Shown here in pieces: positions 17,242 through 24,169 of a stretch of 32,784 bases of DNA. This DNA is from an uncultured Gammaproteobacteria bacterium. GTDB lineage: Bacteria; Patescibacteriota; Microgenomatia; Levybacterales; UBA12049. The first letter of the stretch is position 1. Each line of letters opens with the position of its first letter. The translations under genes were made by a program, and so were the position numbers. The stretch spans positions 1 to 32,784 of the forward strand of contig CAYIOB010000002.1 in the NCBI GenBank assembly GCA_964364925.1. Direction: 5' to 3'. The notes below the pieces were generated by a model that was given only the letters and a program-made list of their open reading frames with translations, made no database searches and was not told the origin of the DNA.

Positions 17242-17693
17242 TTGCTTTGGAGGGATATGACCAGAGCGCGAAGTTCTTCGGATGGTCTTCTTGTTCCAAG
17301 TAAAGAGGCCGGTATTTTGCCGGATAAACTTTCGTTTGGTTTAGTCCACCAATCGCCACGAGCTAAGTCATCCCGAAGACTTAATGCCGATACCCTGACT
17401 AACCAATGTACCCCACCATTTTCTTCAAACTGAAACGTCGGATAGACATATCCTTTCGTTGTTTTAATCCTAATAGCACCTATACCTGTTCCCAATCTAT
17501 ATCTTCGTTCGCCGGACATTTCAGATTGTCTTACTGTTGGATACTCATTTAATATTCTCGCTGCAAGCTCTATCCATCTTTCCCTATCATGTCCAGAAAG
17601 CGATGAGGGTATTACCGGAATGATTGAGTCAGTCACCCGAATAGGTCTTTTCCCATCTAATGCTTCAGTCATAGCTGTAAAAGATACACCCAT
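17238..17693 (-). CDS. MbcA/ParS/Xre-antitoxin toxin-binding-domain (DUF2384)-like protein, 151 aa, no HTH recognisable
   Basis: The C-terminal half YVYPTFQFEENGGVHWLV...WWTKPNESLSGKIPASLLGT..SEELRALVISL fits my recollection of the YPxFQF...W..PN..L.G..P..LL pattern of this family. The N-terminal half is unassigned. Confidence 0.5.
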   Translation of the reverse strand: MGVSFTAMTEALDGKRPIRVTDSIIPVIPSSLSGHDRERWIELAARILNEYPTVRQSEMSGERRYRLGTGIGAIRIKTTKGYVYPTFQFEENGGVHWLVRVSALSLRDDLARGDWWTKPNESLSGKIPASLLGTRRPSEELRALVISLQSN

Positions 17694-17709
17694 TTTTGCC
17701 TCTTGTCAA
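17691..17709 (-). promoter_or_regulatory. Motif copy E (short form): TTGACAAGAGGCAAAA directly followed by the ATG of the 151-aa ORF
   Basis: The minus strand reads TTGACAAGAGGCAAAAATG. AGAGG could serve as the SD. Confidence 0.45.
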
Positions 17710-17777
17710 CTTGAGAATTTGTTGATTTACTCTTCAAACTACTCTTCAACCCCAGGGGTTGAGCCTCGAAGATATTT

Positions 17778-17797
17778 CTCTTTTTGCCTGTTGTTAA
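17778..17797 (-). promoter_or_regulatory. Motif copy C (degenerate): TTAACAACAGGCAAAAAGAG; its TAA is the stop of the 193-aa ORF
   Basis: Two substitutions relative to copies A and B over the shared 20 nt. Confidence 0.5.
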
Positions 17798-18375
17798 TCG
17801 GATTCCCAATAATTTGGGTCACTGAATCCTTCTCTAAAAAGAAAATAGGAAGCAACAAATCCCGAAAATACAGAATTTTCAAAAATAGATTCATCCTGCC
17901 CAGTTATTTCCTCATCTAATGCCTGATAAGCTTCTTTTTCTAACATTACGAACAAGCCTCTCCGGACTTCTTCCTCTCTATCTGCTCCGGGAATACGCGA
18001 TCCCGGATAACTTCCGTAAACACTAATCAATCTATCATGTGCCAATGCGTCATAAATCTGAACAAATTCAAGACTTAATATAGGAATTTTTTGCTTACCG
18101 GCTTTTTCTTTAAAAATTTCATACGCTAGTGTAATTCCAATTCTAAATCCTTCATTTTCTAATCCCGAAAAATTGTTACTAATTGCCATTAGGTATCCAT
18201 TTGCATAAGGATTTTCCACATCAAGCAGCGGAGCTTTTAGGCTTAAATATTCGTCCCACGTTTTGTTAGAATCTTCAAATAAAGGCCTGACAACTGCTAT
18301 AACAGCATCCGCACCAATGGGATACTTAACTATTGAATCTTGAGGAATCTGCGAAACCCTTGCTTCAACTGTCAT
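17794..18375 (-). CDS. Hypothetical protein (193 aa), orphan
   Basis: ATG-to-TAA ORF preceded by TTGACA-N17-TATAAG and 8 nt. I recognise no family motif, and no R..E..S pattern of RES toxins is evident. Confidence 0.55.
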   Translation of the reverse strand: MTVEARVSQIPQDSIVKYPIGADAVIAVVRPLFEDSNKTWDEYLSLKAPLLDVENPYANGYLMAISNNFSGLENEGFRIGITLAYEIFKEKAGKQKIPILSLEFVQIYDALAHDRLISVYGSYPGSRIPGADREEEVRRGLFVMLEKEAYQALDEEITGQDESIFENSVFSGFVASYFLFREGFSDPNYWESD

Positions 18376-18383
18376 GAAAATTT

Positions 18384-18412
18384 CTTATACTCCCCTTTTT
18401 GCCTGTTGTCAA
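18384..18412 (-). promoter_or_regulatory. Motif copy B within a complete promoter: TTGACA-acaggcaaaaaggggag-TATAAG, 8 nt before the ATG at 18375
   Basis: -35 and -10 hexamers with a 17-nt spacer. The spacer and -35 together are the conserved motif. Confidence 0.6.
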
Positions 18413-18423
18413 ACGCAAAGCTA

Positions 18424-19536
18424 CTATTCTAGATATTTTTTGAAAAATTCTACAGTGTTTTGCATGGCTTGATTAAAAATTGCGCCGCTTAAATTATGGC
18501 CGCCGCTTGGATATTCGTTTAGTTCATGAGGTATCGAAGTTTGATCGAGAAGACTATTGAAATTCCTGCTGTAACGGATATCAACAACTGCGTCATCCAA
18601 TGCGTGATTCAGCGAAATTGCGCCTTTAATACCATCTAGGTAATTTGTCATGGGAACTTGTTTCCAGAAATCTGAACTAGGATCAAACTGACCGTATTTC
18701 TCAAACATTTCATTTCTTTTTTTTCTGCTTAGTGAGTCAGATGGCGGCGGCTGGTAAGAATTGTCTTCAATACTAAACTCCGAAAAATCCGAATACGTGT
18801 AAACTGCTCCCGCAAAGATTACAATTGCCGGGATTTGAGGACTTGCTGCTAATGCCCGCGCAATAACATTCCCCGCCATTGAGTGCCCCCACAGCCCAAT
18901 TGCATCCGGATTAACAAAATCCGAAGCCTGCAAAGCAGCCCTTGCGTTAAGAGTATCAATAATATAATCTGACGAATAATATCCTCCACCAGGCTCTCCC
19001 TCACTCTTTGCGTGCCCCCGAAGGTCAATTTTAAAAACAACGAATCCGTTTTTTGCCAGATAATCAACGTATACTGAATAATTTTCTAACGTCTGATAAT
19101 TTTGCGGAGGGATATAACCGTGGACAAAAACAATTGCCGGCCATCCGCCGACAGGCTTTTTTCCGGGCGGAACTGTTAATAAACCATTTATTCTCAAACC
19201 GTCCGAAGTATAACTTGCCAGATAAGATGTAAAGCCAGAATTCCTGCTGCCGACTTCCCTCATTTCAGAAAGATTGCTCTCGTAAGAACGCTGTCTTAGG
19301 TAAGGGATTGTAAGCTCCTGAAAAGGAAAAGGGGTTGGGGTCGGTAAAACGCCGGAAACTTCATTAGCTTTGGACGCCGTTTCGCTTAAGCTGCCATTAT
19401 TCTTAATGGAAAAGTAAAAAGTCCCAAAAACAAATAGGTTAAAAAACAAAAACGCACCCAAAAAAAGTAAAAATCTTTTTTTCTTTTCCGGTGTTTTTAA
19501 TATTTTAAGTTCATCTTTAACTTCTTCTTCTTCCAT
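18424..19536 (-). CDS. Membrane-anchored alpha/beta hydrolase (S9 prolyl-oligopeptidase / dienelactone-hydrolase-like)
   Basis: N-terminal TM helix, WPAIVFVHGYIPP, nucleophile elbow GLWGHSMAGN, C-terminal GGHNL. Paralog of 22115-23161. Confidence 0.85.
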   Translation of the reverse strand: MEEEEVKDELKILKTPEKKKRFLLFLGAFLFFNLFVFGTFYFSIKNNGSLSETASKANEVSGVLPTPTPFPFQELTIPYLRQRSYESNLSEMREVGSRNSGFTSYLASYTSDGLRINGLLTVPPGKKPVGGWPAIVFVHGYIPPQNYQTLENYSVYVDYLAKNGFVVFKIDLRGHAKSEGEPGGGYYSSDYIIDTLNARAALQASDFVNPDAIGLWGHSMAGNVIARALAASPQIPAIVIFAGAVYTYSDFSEFSIEDNSYQPPPSDSLSRKKRNEMFEKYGQFDPSSDFWKQVPMTNYLDGIKGAISLNHALDDAVVDIRYSRNFNSLLDQTSIPHELNEYPSGGHNLSGAIFNQAMQNTVEFFKKYLE

Positions 19537-19537
19537 A

Positions 19538-20128
19538 TTAGACGTCCTCTATATAATACCTTACTTCTTCTCTCTCGGGGTTTAGTAAATTATAAAGATA
19601 GGTTATGTCAGAATCGGAATGCCGGACACAACCCGAACTCCCTAAGTCTTCTTTTGAAAGCTTTGAAAGGTTTCCATTTATTCCGTGGAGACCGAAATAT
19701 CCCGGCAGACTCCAGTTGCATTGCCCATTACACTCAGCATAAGGATTTGGTCCGAAAGGCTCTTCTTCTGTTACCGGAACATCCAGGGTTAGAAAATATG
19801 GTGCGGTTTCTGGGTTGTCGGCTGAGCTTTCTTTTTTGGTAATAAGCCAGAAATCTCTTCTCAAAAGCTTTGGCAAAGGTGTCGGGCTTATGGACAAATT
19901 ACCTGTCTTAACTTGAAAAGTTTTTAAAAGCCGGCTATTATCTTTATCGCCAAAAACGCCATAATATAAATATTCAACATTTGATTTTCTATGAAGAAGA
20001 AGCCAATAATGTTTTTGCGGTATAATGGCGTTGTGCTTTTGCATAAGCTCTGGCTTAAAAGCAAACCAGCCTGAAAATCCTACTAGGATTAAAATTAAAA
20101 CAGCCAAAAGTAAAACTTTTTTTTGCAT
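19538..20128 (-). CDS. L,D-transpeptidase (YkuD domain) with N-terminal membrane anchor
   Basis: Catalytic motif LHGINGN....GSSGCVRH. Start set to the ATG at 20128 (MQKKVLLLAV...) rather than 20167. Confidence 0.78.
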   Translation of the reverse strand: MQKKVLLLAVLILILVGFSGWFAFKPELMQKHNAIIPQKHYWLLLHRKSNVEYLYYGVFGDKDNSRLLKTFQVKTGNLSISPTPLPKLLRRDFWLITKKESSADNPETAPYFLTLDVPVTEEEPFGPNPYAECNGQCNWSLPGYFGLHGINGNLSKLSKEDLGSSGCVRHSDSDITYLYNLLNPEREEVRYYIEDV

Positions 20129-21277
20129 ATGGAGTATTCTAACAAAAATATCGCAAATATTGAACAAACTGAAAAACCTAAGGGCAAACGAAAACTTTTC
20201 GCTGTTCTTTTTTTATTAGTGCTCATTACCGCTATTGGTGTATCATGGTTTTTCCTTCAATCGAAACTTGAACAGCCAATCGTCAGTAATCAGCCGTCAA
20301 TAATCAGCTCTTCGCCCTCTCCTACCCCCTACGCCTTACCGCCTATCCCCTCGGGTAGGGTTTTAGCGACCGACTATCACATTTTCCAAACATTTAACAA
20401 TTGCGGACCGGCTGCGCTTTCAATGGCCTTACGATTTTATGGAATTAATGTAAGCCAAGCAGAACTTGGAAATGCACTGCGCCCCTATCAGGTTGCGGGA
20501 GGAGATAATGATGATAAATCAGTAACTTTAGAAGAGTTAGCGGAAAAAAGTAAAGAATATGGATTAATACCATATCATCGTCCGGCAGGAACACCGGAAC
20601 AAGTTAAATATTTTATTGCCAATGATATACCTGTTATTGCCCGGACTTGGACAAAACCTAATGAGGATATTGGTCATTACAGAATTATAAAGGGGTACGA
20701 TGATCTTCGCGGAGTTTTTATTCAGGACGATTCTTTGCAAAATAAAAATCTTGAATACACTTATGAAGATTTTAATGAGATATGGAAAAAATTTAATTAT
20801 GAGTTTTTAGTCCTTGTTCCTCCGGATAAAAAAGAAATAGCAGATGCTATCTTAGGGGAAAATGCCGATGAAAAGACTGCTTGGCAAAAGGCTGTTGAAA
20901 ACTCGGAGATTGAGCTTAACAAAAATCCAAACGATACATACGCTAGGTTTAACCTTTCTGTCGCCTACTATAACGTTGGGGATTACAAAAGTTCAACGCG
21001 TGAATTTGAAAGAATCGAAGGCTTACTTCCCTTCCGCACCCTCTGGTATCAGATAGAACCTATACAAGCTTATTATGAACTAGGAAATTACGACAGAGTT
21101 TTTGCCATAACCGACAAAGTTCTCAACTACCACAATCGCGCCTTCTCAGAACTTTATATTTTAAGAGGTAAAATTTATCAGAAACAAGGAAGAACCGATG
21201 AAGCCCGCGCGGAATTCCAAAAAGCGTTTCTGTATAATACAAACTTAAAAGAAGCTCGTGATTTACTAAATTCCTAG
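20129..21277 (+). CDS. Membrane-anchored C39-like cysteine peptidase domain fused to TPR repeats
   Basis: FNNCGPAALSMALRFYG (C39/BtrH-like catalytic Cys context), HYRIIKGYDD, C-terminal TPR-like repeats (ARFNLSVAYYNVGDY..., ILRGKIYQKQGRTDEA). ATG at 20129 is preferred over the TTG at 20123. Confidence 0.78.
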   Translation: MEYSNKNIANIEQTEKPKGKRKLFAVLFLLVLITAIGVSWFFLQSKLEQPIVSNQPSIISSSPSPTPYALPPIPSGRVLATDYHIFQTFNNCGPAALSMALRFYGINVSQAELGNALRPYQVAGGDNDDKSVTLEELAEKSKEYGLIPYHRPAGTPEQVKYFIANDIPVIARTWTKPNEDIGHYRIIKGYDDLRGVFIQDDSLQNKNLEYTYEDFNEIWKKFNYEFLVLVPPDKKEIADAILGENADEKTAWQKAVENSEIELNKNPNDTYARFNLSVAYYNVGDYKSSTREFERIEGLLPFRTLWYQIEPIQAYYELGNYDRVFAITDKVLNYHNRAFSELYILRGKIYQKQGRTDEARAEFQKAFLYNTNLKEARDLLNS

Positions 21278-21297
21278 CTTTCGTCCACTCCTAATGA

Positions 21298-21996
21298 CTA
21301 AGCTGCTGCGGGAAGAGCCTGAAATTGTTCTCCCTGAGATTTTAAAAGAGGCATTTTTTGAATTTCCCCGATTAATTGAACGTCAAAAAACCGAGCCGGA
21401 TCAGCACCCTTCCGCCTGTCCTTCTTTGGAATTTTTACACGATCTTCTCTTAATAGGCAGTATGCGTCTATTTGTTCCTGGCTGAGGGCAATTTGTTGCT
21501 CCGGCGGTAAGGGTCCCCCGGGCCCCAGGGGGTTATTGTGTCTATAAACAAAGCCTTCTGCTTGTGATATTGTTGGTTTATGAATCTTAATTCTTTCTCT
21601 TTCATCGGGTCTTCTTTGCAATCTTTCCACCCTTGCGATGATAGCTCTATGTAAACCCTCACTGAGTCTTCCGCCCGCATCGCGATATGCAGCAAATCCA
21701 TTTTTTAATCTGGTTTCTTTGGCGGCAAAAGCAGCTTTTCTTCTTTCCTTCTCGGCAAAAGTAACCCAATCGATAGAACCTACTTTATCTACTAATCTTG
21801 GTTCACGTAATGAAACTGGTTTTCCTTGCTCTAAAATAATTTCAGGGACGACTACAGGGGCTTGAGCTTCAAAGGGAGCTGGCGCTCGCATGCCTGGATC
21901 TTTATCACAAGATAAAGCCATAATTTGATATTCAACTATTGCTTGTGAAAAGTCAATAGGTAAATCCTTCGACGTAAGTGTATCAAAAAATATCAT
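21298..21996 (-). CDS. Hypothetical protein (about 232 aa), orphan; Arg/Pro-rich and visibly G+C-richer than its flanks
   Basis: The ORF lies entirely inside the segment bracketed by the duplicated TPR-gene 3' end. The track start at 22005 is a TTG inside a TTGACA; the ATG at 21996 is used here. No domain recognised. Confidence 0.45.
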   Translation of the reverse strand: MIFFDTLTSKDLPIDFSQAIVEYQIMALSCDKDPGMRAPAPFEAQAPVVVPEIILEQGKPVSLREPRLVDKVGSIDWVTFAEKERRKAAFAAKETRLKNGFAAYRDAGGRLSEGLHRAIIARVERLQRRPDERERIKIHKPTISQAEGFVYRHNNPLGPGGPLPPEQQIALSQEQIDAYCLLREDRVKIPKKDRRKGADPARFFDVQLIGEIQKMPLLKSQGEQFQALPAAA

Positions 21997-22037
21997 TCCT
22001 GTCAAGACTATAGGTTATCTTGAGTTTCTCCTGACTT

Positions 22038-22109
22038 GCCGAATTCCAAAAAGCGGTTTTATATAACTCGGGTCTAAAAGAAGCAAAGAACTTACTTTCT
22101 GCTATTTAA
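22038..22109 (+). pseudogene. Orphaned, diverged duplicate of the last ~23 codons of the C39-TPR gene
   Basis: It translates to AEFQKAVLYNSGLKEAKNLLSAI*, versus AEFQKAFLYNTNLKEARDLLNS* at 21208-21277. It contains a 15-nt identical core, gaattccaaaaagcg, and an in-frame TGA lies just upstream. Confidence 0.65.
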
Positions 22110-22114
22110 GATAT

Positions 22115-23161
22115 CTATCGAAAAATTCTACTGATCTTTGCCGCTGCTATACCAAAATTTGAAGCCATATTATGGTCATCACCCGGATATGTATATAACT
22201 CTACTGTTTTCCCGGCCTCCTGCATTTGCTTTTCCAAAGTTTGTGAAAACTCTACAGGGACTGAGATATCAGCAGTTCCATGATGAAGCTGAATTGGCCC
22301 TGAAATATCTTTTAGGAATGAATTAGCAGAAAGACCGTTCCAAAAAGTTGGATTCTGGGAAGGTTCTCCAAACTGCACTGATAAAGTTTGCCTCCAGCTT
22401 CCTCCCCTAGTTGACGGAGTGGGGGTTGCGGAGAGGGCTCCGGATGGTGCCCTTCTCCTCCATCTTTCAAAAAGATCCTGATATGAAACTACAACTCCGG
22501 CCCAGATAACACCTGCTTTTATATCTTTGTTTACCACCATTGCTCTAAGAGTAATAAACCCTCCCATTGAATGTCCCCACATGCCAATTTTTTGAATATT
22601 AACTCCTGGATATTTTTTTAAAGACGCAAGAGCGTTTAAAACATCAATCGTATAACCGTTTGATCCATAAGCTCCTGATGGATTTCCTTCTGAATCTCCA
22701 TGTCCTCTGTAATCTGGTCTAAGTAAAATATATCCATTTCTTGAAAATGCATCTGTATAAGCAATATATCTTTCAGTTGTTCTATATTGTGCGGGTGGAA
22801 TATATCCATGGTTAAAAACAATTGCCGGGAATCCCTTTTCTGGCGGCGTACCATTTGGAACAGTAAATAAAGCATATATTTTAAGACCTTCTGATAGGTA
22901 CGAAACAATGTATCTTTTGTAGTTACTGCCTGGTGTAAGAGTTTCTTCAATTACCAAATCGCTTCCAGGATAATTTCCTTTTTTAAGCGCTTCTATTGAA
23001 AGACTGAATGGTTCTTCTTGCATCTCTCCACCCATATTGTCTGTAAAATCTGTTTGGGGAGAAGTATTTAACTTTGAGATATCATTGTATTTTGAATATA
23101 CAAAAACCGCGGAGAATAATATAAAAATTAAAGCTAAAAATATTACCTTACTTTTAAACAT
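22115..23161 (-). CDS. Membrane-anchored alpha/beta hydrolase (S9-like), paralog of 18424-19536
   Basis: FPAIVFNHGYIPPAQYRT and GMWGHSMGGF parallel the paralog. ATG at 23161 is preferred because TGcTATAAT sits 6 nt upstream; the track start is 23179. Confidence 0.85.
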   Translation of the reverse strand: MFKSKVIFLALIFILFSAVFVYSKYNDISKLNTSPQTDFTDNMGGEMQEEPFSLSIEALKKGNYPGSDLVIEETLTPGSNYKRYIVSYLSEGLKIYALFTVPNGTPPEKGFPAIVFNHGYIPPAQYRTTERYIAYTDAFSRNGYILLRPDYRGHGDSEGNPSGAYGSNGYTIDVLNALASLKKYPGVNIQKIGMWGHSMGGFITLRAMVVNKDIKAGVIWAGVVVSYQDLFERWRRRAPSGALSATPTPSTRGGSWRQTLSVQFGEPSQNPTFWNGLSANSFLKDISGPIQLHHGTADISVPVEFSQTLEKQMQEAGKTVELYTYPGDDHNMASNFGIAAAKISRIFR

Positions 23162-23178
23162 TAAAAAATTATAGCACA

Positions 23179-23201
23179 TTCCCCTTTTTGCTTCTTGTCA
23201 A
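23179..23201 (-). promoter_or_regulatory. Motif copy D: TTGACAAGAAGCAAAAAGGGGAA upstream of the second hydrolase
   Basis: Matches the 17219/18390 motif at most positions and is followed by TGcTATAAT. Confidence 0.5.
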
Positions 23202-23212
23202 CCCCGATTGGA

Positions 23213-23229
23213 CCCCGATTCTATCGGGG
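23213..23229 (-). terminator. Hairpin CCCCGAT-N3-ATCGGGG downstream of the NUDIX gene (same stem as 8974-8990)
   Basis: Perfect 7-bp stem. An extra CCCCGATT half-site lies at 23202-23209. Confidence 0.35.
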
Positions 23230-23265
23230 GAACTCGGCGTCAAGGCTAATGGTATAAATTCTTGG

Positions 23266-23733
23266 CTATACCAGAGGTTTTATCCGCTTAAGAGCCTCAT
23301 TTATAAGAAAAAGGTGATTAGTTGAAATATCAGGCAAGTTTTCAAATGAAAAATAAGAAGCCTCGGAGACCTCTTTAGTAGGTTTAAATTCTCCGCCGAT
23401 ATGCTTTCCGATAAAACAAATATCCAGTCTCGCTGTTTCTCTATCTGTTTTAACGTTATGCTGATAATCTGCGCTAACAATAAAACCCGTCTCTTCTTCT
23501 ATCTCACGCTCTAAACCTTCAGTCGGATGTTCTCTTCCTTTAATATAACCTCCCGGCAGACTCCAGGGCGTCTGTCTGTAGGTATGCTTGACTAAAAGAA
23601 CCTCATTTTTTTCATTAAAAATAATTCCCGTTACTCCAATTAAAAATTGATCTTGAAAAATACGCATAAAAAATAACTGGAAATTTTTAGAGAAATCAAA
23701 GAGTCGCCAAATTTTTGCGAGGTAGTTCTTCAC
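23266..23733 (-). CDS. NUDIX hydrolase
   Basis: Nudix box GGYIKGREHPTEGLEREIEEETGF. The GTG at 23733 overlaps the upstream stop (GTGA); an alternative ATG lies at 23667. Confidence 0.85.
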   Translation of the reverse strand: MKNYLAKIWRLFDFSKNFQLFFMRIFQDQFLIGVTGIIFNEKNEVLLVKHTYRQTPWSLPGGYIKGREHPTEGLEREIEEETGFIVSADYQHNVKTDRETARLDICFIGKHIGGEFKPTKEVSEASYFSFENLPDISTNHLFLINEALKRIKPLV

Positions 23734-24074
23734 AGAGATTTATCGTCTTTATTGCTGGAATTGCTTTCCGCTTTTAATCTTTCATTTTCCAGTTCCAGCT
23801 CATGAACCCGCTTTGTTAAATCGGCTATTTCTTTCTTGGCTTCTTTAATCTTGCTTTCTTTCCCGTGCAAAGTGAAAAAAGAAGAAACAAAACCGACCAA
23901 ACTAATAACCCAACTAACAAAGATGCCGGAAAGTATTGCTCCCAAAATAATTAAATACATCGGGATGTTGCTAAAAGTGTATTGCGCAAAAGTTATACTT
24001 GCAGGCTGCGTATTCTGGGTTGAAAATAAACCAACCCCGGCACCGAAGACAATTAAAATAATTAAGCCAACCAT
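23730..24074 (-). CDS. LapA-domain (DUF1049) membrane protein with a C-terminal coiled coil
   Basis: Two TM helices with the ...NTQPASITF...IPMYLIILGA... layout, followed by a KEIADLTKRVHELELENERLK coiled coil. Confidence 0.65.
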   Translation of the reverse strand: MVGLIILIVFGAGVGLFSTQNTQPASITFAQYTFSNIPMYLIILGAILSGIFVSWVISLVGFVSSFFTLHGKESKIKEAKKEIADLTKRVHELELENERLKAESNSSNKDDKSL

Positions 24075-24169
24075 ATTATGATAATAAATCAGTATAATAA
24101 CATTTGCAACAGGTATTTTACTGTTTAACCATTCTTCTCTTAAGTTAATCCGGAAATTCCAAGATAAAT

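Noticed and set aside
17794-18375. 193-aa orphan as the RES-domain toxin partner of the DUF2384-like protein
   Set aside because: No Arg...Glu...Ser signature or RxN-type motif is recognisable by eye, and the gene order (putative toxin upstream) is non-canonical. It is kept only as an open possibility inside the cassette finding.
22000-22005. TTGACA at the 5' end of the 21298-22005 ORF as another copy of the cassette motif
   Set aside because: Only the hexamer matches. The downstream GGAATGATA does not resemble ACAGGCAAAAAG. The weak TTGACAAGAG at 25248-25257 is in the same situation.
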